Assembly (NCBI RefSeq): GCF_000150275.1
Contig: NW_002060950.1
Coordinates: 2,158,106-2,222,105, forward strand
DNA from: Trichoplax adhaerens
Lineage: Eukaryota; Animalia; Placozoa
Direction: 5' to 3'
DNA length: 64,000 bases
In this document: piece after piece, positions 1-13,661 of the stretch
Numbering within the stretch: the stretch's first letter is position 1
Layout: each line of letters starts with the position of its first letter
The notes under the pieces: model-generated
Databases searched by the model: none
What the model was told of the DNA's origin: nothing
What the model saw: the letters and a program-made list of their open reading frames with translations, nothing else
Translations under genes and position numbers: made by a program

Positions 1-28
1 GCTTAACTACGATAATTTCATCTTATAG

Positions 29-3000
29 GTATCGCTCAGTTGGTCAACAAATTGGATGGAATGCCATTCGACAGCAATGATGAAAATCTATTTGAAGCTT
101 TTGCCATATTTTGTGGTTTAGGAATTTATAATTGCTTAATGTTTACTCATGTTACTCAACTGCTGGCCAAGCAAAATGTTGCTTTAGAGGTTAGTAGCAG
201 TGAATACAAATCTCGATTTGAAGTACATATAGTTGTATACAACCAGCACACAAGAATTACAATTATAATACCGATTCCTGTAATATCCATTTTAATAGTT
301 TTTAATATGCATTTTAGCAGAGTTAAATCTTATTCGGGCCATTATCGTAATCTCAGAGTGTGCATGTATTTATGTATAGTAGACGTCTTAATTTAAGCCT
401 GTATAATTATCGGTTTCGAATTGTGTCAATAGCTGTAAATACGTATCTTTTTAACTAATTCTGCAGGTGTTATCATATCATGCCTCCGCTTCGCCAACTA
501 AAGCCAAAGCTTTAGCGGTATCAATGTATTTATAAATCATGTTACATTTAATGGAAAATTTACTCTAGATTTAATTACGTAACGTCTATGAACTGAATTT
601 AGATCAGCATCATTTGATAATATTAGTATAGGACATTTGAACAAAGTTTTAAATTTCGTAACTGTACAATGAACGAAATAGTAGATCGTCGATACATTAA
701 TGCTAGGTTTAACACGCTAACTATGCCAGAACAAAACATTTTTTTTGCTATTATCCTTTAAATATCGAATTTAGTATAGTAGTACATTTTGATATTAAAA
801 TCTTTAGATAACTTAGAAGATAGTATAAATGTATGAAAAGCGCTAAATCGAACATTCAATTTATTTGGAATACTCAAGTCTTCTTGAATTAATGTCACTA
901 GATAGTAGAAATTCCTCCAGCAATGGAATTAAATCTTACTGACTTTGGCTTCGATGATGCCTTACTGGATGATCACCAGTCCTTGTTGTCTTCCTTACGA
1001 ATGTTTTTAGACTGCGGATTTGCAAAACGATTTAAAATTCCTAAAGAGGTCAGTTCTTACGCTAACCTAATCAATAAAATTAGATTTTGTAGAAACTGCA
1101 GTATTGGATAGTTGCTAAATCATAGCCATAGATTTAGAATAAAGAGGCTACTGATTATTTAGACCTTGTGCCGATGGATTTTAAGTGTCAAAAAGAACTA
1201 TCGAAGCGTCTGTTACCATAATTGGCGGCATGCATTTAATGTTGCTCAAATGATGTTTACAATTATGCAGGTAAAATAGCAATAATAAGAGACCATACAG
1301 AAAGCTATATTTTCTATTATCTATTATGTCTAGCTTTTAACAGAAATATGGCTGTGAATGAAAATTAATGCAATATTAAATCTAACTAATGAAATTATCA
1401 TTCGCGCAATCTTGATTCAAATGTATACGATATTTTAAGAATTATTTGTATCATTTGATTTATGGATTCTTAGAGTACTACAATCCTCCAGCATGTCTCC
1501 AAAGTAGAGGCGTTTGCCTTATTAATTGCCTGTTTTTGTCACGATTTGGATCATCGAGGGACTAGTAACAGTTTTGAGTTAGAGTAAGATCATTTACTGT
1601 AACTAGCTGTATAATTTAAGTTTAAAAGATTTTAGATCGTTTACAGATCTTTCAAGATGGTATTTGAAACGTCTGAATAATTTATATAGTACGATTACTT
1701 GTAATCATTTTAAAAAAAGATAGCCTTTGACGCTCTTAATTTTCCAGTACAAGATAAATTAATAATGCATATGATAAAAATGCTTAAATAAGTCAATAAT
1801 TATAATATTTTGACATATTGAAATACTAGATGTAATTCACCATTGGCTAAAATATATGGCACATCAACGATGGAGCATCATCATTTTGATTACAGTCTCA
1901 TGATTTTAAATAGCGAGGTAAATAGAATTAATTTGTATGTATTAGATTGTTTACATTTTATCAATTAATCATTGATATTATATAGTGGTTAGCTATACAG
2001 CTAGTGAAAAATGATCATTTACTACTTATCATTTCGAGACCATGCCTCGAAAGTATCGATTATCCCTACCCGTTATAATTTCCTTATTAAACTTTTATTT
2101 CTTGTTGCTTTTTCCTGTTAGAACAACAATATCTTAGCTGCTGCTAACGACAGTGAAAGGCGAGAAATTCTTAATATAATGGAGCACGCTGTGGTATCAA
2201 CAGATTTAGCTCTTCACTTAAAGTATGAAATATTTCAATGATAATTAATAAATATTTTGTTAAATTGTACTGAAGTCATCATTATCTTTATTTATATTGT
2301 AACTAAAATTATTTAAGGCATGATTGTTCATTTATTTTAAAATGAGGTGAGATTAATTTAAGAATTATATTCTACATTTAATATCATATAATAGAGAACG
2401 TGATCAGTTTTTGCAATTATTACGATCAAGGACTTTAGACCTTACTCAATATGAACACAGGAAGTTATTAAGGTACGAATATATTTGATATTATGTTACT
2501 GTACTGTACACTAATCATGTATGCTTTATGTACAATATGTTATCACGTATGTCCAAAGTACTGGTAATAATTATTTTTCTTGGCTGATATAATTCTATTC
2601 ATCAATAACCATAATACCTGTTTTCAATTGGGTATTTATAAGGGCTATGTTGATGACTGTTTGCGATTTGGGAGCTATAACAAAACCTTGGCATATTCAA
2701 TATAGAGTATGATTATTTCTGAAATGTTTCAATCATCAGTACAACAAATTAGATATCCTATTTTATGTGATAATAATATAGATAATCCAGAAGCAAATGT
2801 AAGGCATATGTCAGATGGAATTAACATGCAATAAAGATACAAGTTAAATTTATATTTTCTAAATAACTGCAGGTCGCTCAATTAGTTGCGGAAGAATTTT
2901 TTACCTTAGGAGACATGGCGAGGCATAAGTTGAATAAGCAACCCACTGTATGGCTAATTATTAATTTCTGGCTTTAAAATTGACCGTATCTTATACGGTA

Positions 3001-3432
3001 GCATAGTATGATATCGTGGAGATAAATATATTTCTCACATTACATGAATGCAATTGTTTGTACTATGATTTTTAGGCGATGCTGGATAGAAATAAGAGAG
3101 AATTACTACCGAAGATGCAAATTAAATTTATTGATAATGTTTGCATACCAATTTATGAGGTAAAAAGAGTGGAGTGATTGCGCTTAGTTTTTTTATTTAG
3201 GCTTTTTATTAATAGCATTGATATTGCTTCGGCTAGGCAAATTTACTTATGAATTACAATTAACTTTTCTCTATTGTTACATAATGCGTAGGCCATTACT
3301 GATTACTTTCCTGAATTACACCAGCTATATAAACGTACAAAAGATAATTGTAGAGAGTGGGAAATGCTTGCACGCCAGCATGACCATGAAATGAGCAATG
3401 AAATCCTTCATGCAAACTCTAGATCTGGATAG
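29..3432 (+). CDS. GAF-domain cyclic nucleotide phosphodiesterase, PDE11/PDE5-like (5'-truncated by window edge; 12 exons visible)
   Basis: Exons ~29-189, 467-517, 902-1048, 1163-1270, 1474-1583, 1830-1917, 2122-2222, 2395-2472, 2643-2706, 2873-2947, 3077-3159, 3292-3432 splice with GT-AG. They give the GAF-B end [26 protein letters not shown], then [49 protein letters not shown] and PKMQIKFID (PDEase_I HD domain). Stop TAG at 3430-3432. Confidence 0.93.
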
Positions 3433-4334
3433 TAGAATACGATGTCAATAAAAATAACTTAAACAACTACTGTAACCGTAGTTATTATCTTATTTAGACT
3501 AGGGAAAATATTGCTAAGAATAAAATTTCTTCCCAATCTAATCTGTGAAGTGGCTCCAGCAATTACTCTACAGCTACTACATAGCATAGATGCAATATAC
3601 GTTCAATTTCAATTAATGTTAAGATCTGTGATAGTCTTAGACCATTAAATAGTCATACGTTATTATAAATAAATTTCTCGCTCTTGCACAAGAGACTATA
3701 AATAATCGATTATTACTAATGCAGATAATGCTGGTGTCAAATTAGGTAGTACTTGCTCTTATATGCCTATTGCTACATCTACTTTGCGTATTAAGAAATG
3801 ACTGAATTATAATTTATGATGAATACGTAATATCAATATCTACCTTAGTATAATGCAGTAGTATATTGCAATGAATGATAAATAAATCAATATGTGCATA
3901 CGCAATGACAAACGGAGTGACTGTTATTCGCATTTATGCAATATGATTATATTAACTATCAAAGAGAGAGTTCACTATAAAATTGAGTACAATACTCTAA
4001 CACGGAATGAAGGAAAAAAATAACATATAAAATCGATCATTCAATATGATAAGGCCAACACTACGCCTCATTTATTTGAATCATTGATGAATGTAAATAT
4101 ATACATATAAATCATGCAATTTCAAGTATGTAGCATGGTGACGTTAAAGTAAAGTAGTACTGTATATAAAGTGTTATACACATATATATATGCACTTTGA
4201 TAATACATATCTTATCATTATCCAATTTTAATAACGACAAATTGCTGCCTAACATCCATACATTAGCGACTAGTAAAAGTGTGGCATTTATCGATGAGTG
4301 ACGAGATAATAGATGACAAAATGTGCATCAGCTA

Positions 4335-5754
4335 TCAGTCCAATATTTTATCCCAGCAACTTTTCGTAATTCTATTTTTTCCGTATGAGGACATTGCATC
4401 TCCGTCCAACTGATTGGAACCATCGGGTGACCTTTAGATAGACAGTTAAACACGGTTATTCATAAGAATTACTTTATCATTTCTATACTATTAGAATTTT
4501 TGCGATATGGATCATACCGGCTGTACTCTTAGCGAAAATGACTCCTAACTCATTTTTTGCTGTCGATAAGTAATAAGATCTTGGATCACCTAGTGATATC
4601 TATGTGTACAGGATGAGTATGTCAAGAGAAACAAATTTCAATCATGTAAAACGTGAAATGACAATATTTGCGTAGGAAGGAGTCTGTAGTAGATTTATAG
4701 TGTGGATACGACTTCAGCTAAGACTGCGTCTCCAGGTTTAAAGCAATTGTACATATCAACCTAAATAGTAAATATACAAAGCAGTTGTTGATACTAGCGA
4801 AAGCAACATTACTTGTGGTGAAGAGTAAACGATGGTAAGAAGAATATCCACAAACTTTATCTTTCTCAGTGGCTCTAATATCTTCTTTCCTGAAAGACAC
4901 ACAATAAAACATCGTCTTAACGTTGATGACAGTAAAGACGATCATCGCCTTAGCATCTAGTACAAAAGGTATCATGACAGCCATCTTTGCTACCTTATCG
5001 TGCCTTTGAAGGGTTCCTTTAATGGCGTCGTTCCAATGCAGATAATGAGCACTCTACAAAATCTTGGATTGACGTTTAATACCTAAATTGCATTCAGTAT
5101 GTTTGATCCTCTTTTAATATGAGCATTTATCACAGCGAGTTCATTATTATTATGCATTACACTGTATGTATAGTAGTAGACTACGTGCATAGCAATTTAA
5201 TCGTTTAGCGAAATACGCGTAATAGTAGTATCATGCAGTATAGCAGTGTTCCATCTTCCCTGTGAATTTTTCGATGTATGAACGAAGTAACATGCTCGTT
5301 GAATAGACCGGGTAACAATATTATTTTCCATTACGAATGATAGGAAAAATATGTTAAAAGAGTACAATCACCTTAGCTGTAACAACTTTTCCAATCGTGG
5401 GTAAATTACAGGAGACATTGCCGGTCTTGATCTGAATCTTGGGTAGCTGAAACAACAAAAATGATGTTCAAGTTGCATGCTTGAAACGATGCTTTCTAAT
5501 TCTAATCCAACGTTAGTCAAGATCAATCATGGTATAAAATTTGGATTAGATCCTACACCAGTGATTGATGAAGCAAATCAAGCTCTATTTACTGCAAGAC
5601 TTACCTGCCCAGCTTGGCTAATAATATCTTTGTAACCTACTAAGCTTGCATAGATATGCCTTTGCCTAACATAGGTTCCAAGTCCAGCTGAGAATTGATC
5701 AATACTGCCAAGGCGTTGTCCAGGTATAACAGGGTTACCTACTTCAGCAGCCAT
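4335..5754 (-). CDS. EXOSC1: RNA exosome cap subunit Csl4/EXOSC1 (7 exons)
   Basis: Spliced product MAAEVGNPVIPGQRLGSIDQFSAGLGTYVRQRHIYASLVG / LPTIGKVVTAK / VLNVNPRFCRV..LQGTIR / KEDIRATEKDK / VDMYNCFKPGDAVLAEV / ISLGDPRSYYLSTAKNELGVIFAKS / HPMVPISWTEMQCPHTEKIELRKVA follows the recalled EXOSC1 motifs in order. Confidence 0.95.
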
Positions 5755-6101
5755 TGCTACTCGATACTGGCGATTTAAATCAATCCTACGATACGTCTAT
5801 CGTAGGATTACCTCAATACAATGCCAATGGATGAATGTTCTAGTCTCTGGCTATATCGGATAAGACACAACTTTTTTGCTGCAATCTTGCCCAGTTTCAG
5901 AAGCTTGTTAAGAAATGCCCGAAGAAAGTGCAATGCCTGTCCACTCAGCATCATTCCCATTTGCCCCATCCCGATCATAGTAAAGTATATTCACTTGACT
6001 TGGATATCACGCACACCACCAATACAGTATGGCATTCTATGGCCCCACAAAATGTTCTATCGTACAATACAGTAGACGTCTCGGACAGACAGAGACTGAT
6101 G

Positions 6102-7560
6102 ATCCAATGGTTGCATTGGATATGCGAACTCGATGCAGTGTTGAAGGATAGCATACTTGACCATCAATCAACTATTATCTGGTGTACTGTATTATTTCTC
6201 ATCGAAATTTGCCTTCCAGCAGTCATGATGTAGTTGCATTGGATGCTCACTTCATGTTGAACTCGATGCAGTGTCATATTGAGAGATTTATGCTACAGTA
6301 CTGTAGTGTGCTGGTGTAGCTGCATTTAGATACCCTTTTCATGTTGAACTCGATGCAGCGTTAAAGGACGGCATGCTTGACCATCAATCAACTATTATCT
6401 GGTGTACTGTATTATTTCTCATCGAAATTTGCCTTCCAGCAGAGCCATGATGTAGTTGCATTGGATGCCCACTCCACGTTGAACTCGATGCAGTATCATA
6501 TCGAGAGATTTGTGCTACAGTAGTGTACTGGTGTAGCTGCATTTAGATACCCTTTTCATGTTGAATTCGACGCAGCGTTAAACGACAGCATGCTTGACCA
6601 TCAATCAGCTATTATCTGGCGTACTGTATTATTTCTCAACGAAATTTGTGCTCCAGCAGAGTCGTGATGTAGTTGCATTGGATGCCCACTCCATGTTGAA
6701 CTCGATGCAGTGTCATATCGAGAGATTTGTGCTACGGCAGTGTACTGGTGTAGCTGTATTTAGATACCCTTTTCATGTTGAACTCGATGCAGCGTTAAAG
6801 GACAGCATACTTGACCATCAATCAATCAACTATTATCTGGCGTACTGTATTATTTCTCATCGAAATTTGTGCTCCAGCAGAGTCGTGATGTAGTTGCATT
6901 GGATGCCCACATCATGTTGAACTTGATGCAGTGTCATATCCAGAGATTTGTGCTACAGCAGTGTACTGGTGTAGTTGCATTGGATACCCACTTTATTCAG
7001 TGTTAAAGGTCTGCATGCTTGACCATCAATCAACTGTTATCTAGCGTACGGTATTATTTCCTATCGAGATTTGTGCTACAGCAGTGCACTGGTGTAGTTG
7101 CATTGTATGCCCACTTCATGCTTGATCATAAATCAAGTATTATCTAGTGTACTGTATTTTTGATCGAGATTGGTGCTACGGCATGTTGAACTCGATGCAG
7201 TCTTAAAAAGATAGTATGCTTGACCATAAATGCAATATTATCTGGCATATATTTCTTGTCTAGATTTAGGCTACAGCATTGTACTGTATAAAACATACAG
7301 TACAGTAATAAGAGTACATTGCTCGCAACAGATATGCTCAACTCGATGCAGTGTGATTGATCATAAATCAAATATTACCTGGTGTACCACTTTCTTATCG
7401 AGATTTGTGCTACAGCAGTGTTGCACAAATCTCGATAAGATGTAGGTATCCAATGTAACTACATCATGTTGAATTCCATGCAGTTGTTCAAAGGACTGTT
7501 GACATACTTGACCATAAATCAAATAATTTCTGGCGTACTGCATTTCTTATCGAGATTGAT
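6102..7560. repeat. Higher-order tandem repeat, ~220-bp dimer of related ~87-bp and ~130-bp subunits, decaying at the right end
   Basis: gtagttgcattggatgc recurs near 6230, 6452, 6669 and 6890. catgttgaactcgatgcag recurs about twice per period, and gaccatcaatca recurs near 6159, 6379, 6596, 6813 and 7021. Confidence 0.92.
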
Positions 7561-8540
7561 GCAAGTCACTGTGCTGTAGTACTCTACACAGTGACATTTC
7601 ATGGTAAAAGGAAATGCTTGAACCTCGATGCCAATATTGTAGCGCTTTAGCTGCTAGTTTAGCCGTAGAAAATAGCAAGTAGAATTAGCTGGAAGAAGAT
7701 GTCACAGCTTGTGACTCCAGGTACTCGATAATTGTGCGACTGCGCAGTCATTGAAACTTCGACGCTTCGACATTCTCAACGGTAACCATAGCAGCGCTGA
7801 AATGTTTGATATCGACAAAGCTGATCAAGTTCATACAATATTTTAAAGTCTGCCAATAATTATACCAAAGTTAGATTCCTGGACATTACTTTGAGCGAAC
7901 ACCCCAAGTAATCAAGCCCTACACTTAGGCTATCTAAGCTAAGATTGAAATCCATACAGTACAGTAGTGTCCTATATATGCGTAGTATTGTGATACGAGC
8001 ACAAACTGTTCTATAAATATTTTGTTGGCACTAGGCTTAATGCATACTGTACTTTCAGTATTCCCGTCACTCATTCTACAGATAGAGCAAACTGGTAATT
8101 CAAGTTCACCACTTCAAGATCAGTTAATCGCAAGGAATAATAAAATATCATCACGTACACTTATTTGGTACTATGTTTGAAAAATATGCTGCAAAATAAA
8201 TAGTAAGTGCACTCCAGAATGGCTCTGCTAGCTTTACTAGCATGGAACTTCAGTCATGAATAAGTTTCGAAACATACAACATTATGCTACAATAAATTCA
8301 ATTGATTTCTTATTGTTTTATAAATACGTTAAATTAGATATCGCCTTTAATAACCACATCTTTTTCTGTTTTGATTGCCCCACGTTCAAAGTGAACAGCT
8401 TACGTTACTACAATTCATGTACACAATCTAGTAAATTAGTACGCGTGCTAATGTTGAACAATTACTTAGGGCGATATCAATCACAACTTACTTATTTTAT
8501 CAACTTATTCATTATCACTAGCGTCTATTGATCAATCTCG

Positions 8541-9621
8541 ATGGCAACATCTAGTCAACGTACGAATCGATTAATATCACCCAGAAAAAAATATTCACCC
8601 CCTAAACCACTCGGACCGTCACTAAAAGATCTCGGTAAATTATTACCCCGAAGATATGAAGAAACAAAGACCGTCAATATTCAAGCCTTGTCGCATAAAT
8701 CTATATTAGGTAAAAATTAGAGTCCTCTAGTATCATCCTCATAGTCACCCAATGATACAGTGTTGGCAATGAATATTATCCTATTTATATAGTTAATTGA
8801 AATATATATCAACACTTTTCATCAATTAATTAGATATAGGCAAAAGCATAGAAGAACATACAAAAGAAAAAAATCATCGCTTAGTTAAAGAGACAGTTGA
8901 TAGTACCGAGCAGAAAGTATGGAAAAAAGCAAACGAAATAAAACGACAAGAATTACAGGAGGTGTTGGAAGCCGCGGCTTTAGAAAAAGAGCGTGCTCTC
9001 GCTACAGCAAAAGAGTCTGAAAAGAGAGCGTTAGCGCGTGAAACGCAAAAAATCAAGGATGAAATGCAAGAATCAATGTATAATCGATTGGAACAGCAAA
9101 GAATACAGGCAGAAGCTAGGTTAAAAATGGAGATTATGTCAACATTAAAGAACGAAGAACAACTTAGAAAGCAAGCTTTTAATGAAGGTAGAATTTTTGA
9201 AAGAGCATTAGCTGAGAAAGAAGCTCGAGAAACTTCTCGACAATATGAACAAAGGAGACAGGCTGATGTCAGAAAGTATACAAAAGCTAAATTTGAAGCT
9301 ATGCAAAATTTAGCCACAAAAATGAATAAAGAAAAAGAAGAAGCTTTGGTTAAACTCAGACAAGGTTTCATTGTTGAAATTGAAGACAAGATTAGCACAG
9401 TTAATAAGGAACACCAAGAGGAAATAGGTAAACTTGAAAGGGTTATCGATGCTTATAAAAGCAGGTGTTCAGAGTTAAGGCAACAATTACGCCATCATTA
9501 TACATTAAAAATATTGAGTGATAAAAAGCTAGAAGATGTTATCAAAGAATTTCAACAGTTTATAGAAATGCAACCGACATTTCAGAAAGGACAAGCTGAA
9601 TACTTGATTAAAATTTTATAA
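8541..9621 (+). CDS. C6orf163-like coiled-coil protein (2 exons: 8541-8709, 8834-9621)
   Basis: MATSSQRT...LSHKSIL|DIGKSIEE..EQKVWKKANE, then a long E/K/R coiled coil and FQQFIEMQPTFQKGQAEYLI. This resembles recalled C6orf163 motifs THKDILDIGANI, EVWAQANE and [21 protein letters not shown]. The phase-1 GT-AG intron is consistent. Confidence 0.75.
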
Positions 9622-12600
9622 ATTATAATTATTTTGTTTATAACAATGTGATAAGCCATAATATGGAAATTTTGTGATAAATAATAATTACAATAATCCA
9701 AGGTATTATATTTTAACTTACTCTATATGCAGGAATACGACATATTTATTATATTACTTTTTAATCACTATTATTACAACCTAACAGTCTCTATTCAAAT
9801 TTTGACTGAAGGTCTGCAAGGGCATTGATTCTCTATTAACTGCTTGCTTTCAATGTCATATACAGCTATATGAATAGATGAGTTTACAGTTAGGACCCTT
9901 AACAGAGAGAAAAATGTTAGCTTTATTTTAATTTGAATTATCTAAGAATTGGTTTATGAACACAGATAACGTAGAGTTAGGTAAAAGGAAATTTGGTAAT
10001 AGTTTAGGGATGGATGCAAATATAATTTTAATAATAACTAATTCAAAAATGCCGCTACTGGTTAGTTATATCACCAATGCGTTAGACTGTAAATAGGTTT
10101 ACAAACCAGGAATAACCCTTAAACATTTTACAAAGGTCAAATTATTAAAAACTGTTTACGGGCAATTATAATTTGAGGTTATATTTGTATATGCCATATT
10201 GCATTGTATGATCTTTTAATATGAATCGATCACTAATTAAAATGGTCACCCCTAATATTAAATTGCAAGATTGTGAAATGTGACCTCGAAAAATTCAGAC
10301 ATGTTTGGAACAAATATTTACTTATTTCATATGAGTATAAGATTCGAAATGGACCTTGCGGTACAATGCATAGTTGATAAATACTGTGATCATTTATCCA
10401 TAACTTGAATGAAATAGAAATTACGAAATCGTACTTATTTTTGTAACCGCTTATTGAAAAGACCAGAATATACTGTATATCGTATACCTCTGGCTTTGGA
10501 ATAGACCACAATGTAGCCAATGAACCTTCTATCTTTGTATCTTGTAGTATATATTTCTGTCATTGACTCAAGTCTCACTGCTTATGGATATTCAATAAAA
10601 CAATATTCTCAGTGTATATGAGTTACTAGACTTGAAAATGAATTTTTTCTTTTTAAATTTGGAATGCTTCACTGTTGAGAATCTTATGTCTGATAGTTCT
10701 CATCATAGTAGCTTGAAATTTCCCTTTTTTATCTGCCAACATGACTTAAACACAGGTGAATTAGTGCGTAACCTATACCTTTTACTCATGTTTACCTTGT
10801 AGATTGTATCTATACAGTGTAAACGCGTAGGACTGCATAATGAAGCCATGAAATTATTATGTTGAAAGTCTGTCCAAGGCAACAATGAATAAACTACTGC
10901 AGTACAGTTATAGCCGTTTAAAAGTCCAGCGTACACTAAGCTAGTTATAGGGCCTACTAAAGAGAAAATAATTGCCTTCCCATCAGCTAGTTTGCAGATT
11001 TGGTAGGTACTGTATAATGCCGTATTAGAAACGTGCAGGATGTTCGATCGAAGTCGTCCTACTGTTATTATATTGATTACGGTGAAAATGAAGGTTATTC
11101 ATCCATTTCTTAACAGAAGACCCGTTTACGATATTGCATAGTATCGAGATTTTCTTTATCATTAGCCATTTTTAAATATTCTTAATACTAACCCTGATAG
11201 CAGGAAAAATTTGCAATTTCACAAGCTTGATAAACCGTGACTGATGCAAACAGTATATCAGCTTTCAAGTACATGAATTACTATCATTGTAAAAATGTGA
11301 ATGATCCAGTGTTGCATTTGTTGCATGCAACACCGGATTGAACTTTAACTAGAAATGGAAATCAAGCAATAGTGATAGTAATAATAAATTAACAGTAAAT
11401 GGCTATATTGGTACAGCTTTTCGCGGTGGAACATGGCTAGTAAAGTATTATACAATCTACTTCCATGCAGTGGGTCTAACTTGTCTAGACAGGTACGAAC
11501 AGTAAAAATGTGCACTGACTGCTGATTGGAGAACCATGCAATTTAGATTTCCAGTAAAAAAAAGAATCGATTGATATCGCGTAGAATACTTTTCTGCTGA
11601 ACTTTGGTATCGATTGCAGCAATTGTTCATAATAAATAAATAATAACAAAAATTGATTTGGAACTCCAGTTCAAGCGTAGCATTCCAGCAGCTGATGGAG
11701 GCGGAGTAATTGCGGGACGTTAGGTGCGCAATTTTTTCCGGTTGATTAATACCTAGAAGAGATAAAATAGGCTATCGTCGCCTATCAACTCCAGAAGCCG
11801 CCTTGATATCGCTTCAAAATTATCACACTGATATCGCCATATGTTAATCATTTGTCTGATTTACGTATTGCATGCTTTCGGCTTGCACAGGACATCATAT
11901 GAGCAAGACCTCCATAACACTACACGATTTAAAATAAGATAGCGGGGAATTCAAGATTGGAGTATGGAATGGACGGGAGAGAAATTTGGGGGGGGGGGGA
12001 TTTTGTAGTAAAGAAGAAAGTAGTAAGCAAAACGCTGCTGTACAGTCTAGAGGTCTGGTCTAGGGTGTGTAATAACGAAGGCGCCTTACCACCAAATATC
12101 CCTCTTATTGAGACGTTTTCGGACCAGACCTCGAACATGTGTCAATTTTCGAGTCAGAGAGCAATAAACTTACCATAAATAAGTTGGATATTTTGTCCAC
12201 CCCGCTATACCGTAGATTGTGTAATAACGACTGTAGTGTTGATTGCTATTTGTAATATTTAGACGGCAGTAGCCGCTATAAATTCCTTACCGTCTGATCT
12301 TGTCGTCAAATGCAGATTATAATAATATTAACAGTGCGCTATCCTACCTGGATTACAAGGTACAGTATGCATACTTGTACAGTACCGATATAGGTTATTT
12401 AATCTTTCAAATCCAGTCTAATTTAAAAAAACTGCAACCGCATGATCGCATATTGCGTTTGTGCGAGTACAGTTGAAAGCTGTACAGCGGTAGCATGGTG
12501 TTATACTGCAATAATAATTTGATTGTTTTTTATTATTTTGTAGTAATTTGTTGCCGTTATCGTTATTCCAAATGCTATCAAAAATCTGAATTAAATGATA

Positions 12601-13398
12601 GGGAACATATAAAATTCAAGTCACTTCCATTTAAAAGGAGCAATATTAGCTCATCGCTGTCCTGGCAAAGGTACTGTATAATTATGATATGGCGACGTAG
12701 ATATCTTTTGCTGGTATCGTACGATACCTCAAATCAAAATGGACATCAAGATAGCAACCGCAATAATCGCGACAGTACAGTACAGTATATATTGATCGTC
12801 AACAAGGACAAGTTGTACAACCTAGGGCAAAAATCGATCTTCATACGTAATCTCCATTCAGGAAAAGTGTATAAAATATTTACGTCAGCAAATACAGTAG
12901 GAGGATCATCAAGTTGATAATGATGGAGCTGGAAGTGATTAACAGTAAACTGCAGGCATTGACAAGACCATTTTTATCATTTTTATCGATGATCGGCTTT
13001 ATCAGGAAAGTAATCGAACATGATTCGATCTTGATAGCGATTTAGGCGCCTAAATTGTAGCCTGGACAGGAATTATCGCGTATCGTACTGTACGTTACCA
13101 TCATCATCAATATGGCTTACTTACACTGTACAGTCAAGCTGACTATCATCAGTTATCATTTTCAAGATGTAATGACTAACAAAGAGCTCCATTTTAAAAA
13201 AATGAGCGGGATACGCAAAAATGGAGCTTACGGAAGGAATGCATTAGTTCCGTAATCTATCAACTACCTTCGATAACTTTCCATGCAGGCGTGACTCATT
13301 ACCGATTACCCTTGGCACCAACCAATTTTTTTTTATACCTCATCGTATGTTATCTTACCATACCGTAAACAGCTAAACTGATTAGTCATGGCATTGTC

Positions 13399-13406
13399 TA
13401 TAAATA
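13399..13406 (+). promoter_or_regulatory. Candidate TATA box of the 13662-14728 gene
   Basis: TATAAATA lies upstream of a non-coding stretch ending in a GTAAGT donor (13534), which can splice to the acceptor at 13656. Confidence 0.4.
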
Positions 13407-13661
13407 CCTACGAGACAAATTGGTTTGGAAAGATTTTTCGTAGCACTGTTCAAAGACTTCGCAAGTTGCATCTGTTTTCGATCAGAATTTCCATTGCTTA
13501 TTATTTTTTTTCCTTCTTATTTTGCTTGATTGTGTAAGTAGCATAAAGATTGACGTAGAATAAGTGCAACGGAATCACTCCGTATTTACAGGATAGCTTA
13601 AAATTTGTCTCGATAGAATTCTTGATATCTTTACTAATATGTACTGCAATTTTTAGACTGG

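Noticed and set aside
2890-2925. PDE motif EFFTLGD instead of EFFxQGD
   Set aside because: This position varies among PDE families, and the metal-binding His/Asp residues and invariant Gln are intact.
6102-7100. CRISPR-like appearance of recurring catgttgaactcgatgcag
   Set aside because: Intervening sequences are themselves repeated rather than unique spacers, the context is eukaryotic, and no cas genes are present.
5821-7543. Several 60-100 aa ORFs on both strands
   Set aside because: They lie mostly within the tandem array, and unit lengths vary (217-222 bp) so frame is not preserved between copies.
8874-9398. 174-aa minus-strand ORF
   Set aside because: Antisense shadow of the C6orf163-like coiled-coil exon.
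12495-12917. 140-aa plus-strand ORF
   Set aside because: No recognisable domain, AT-driven composition and no convincing splice partners.
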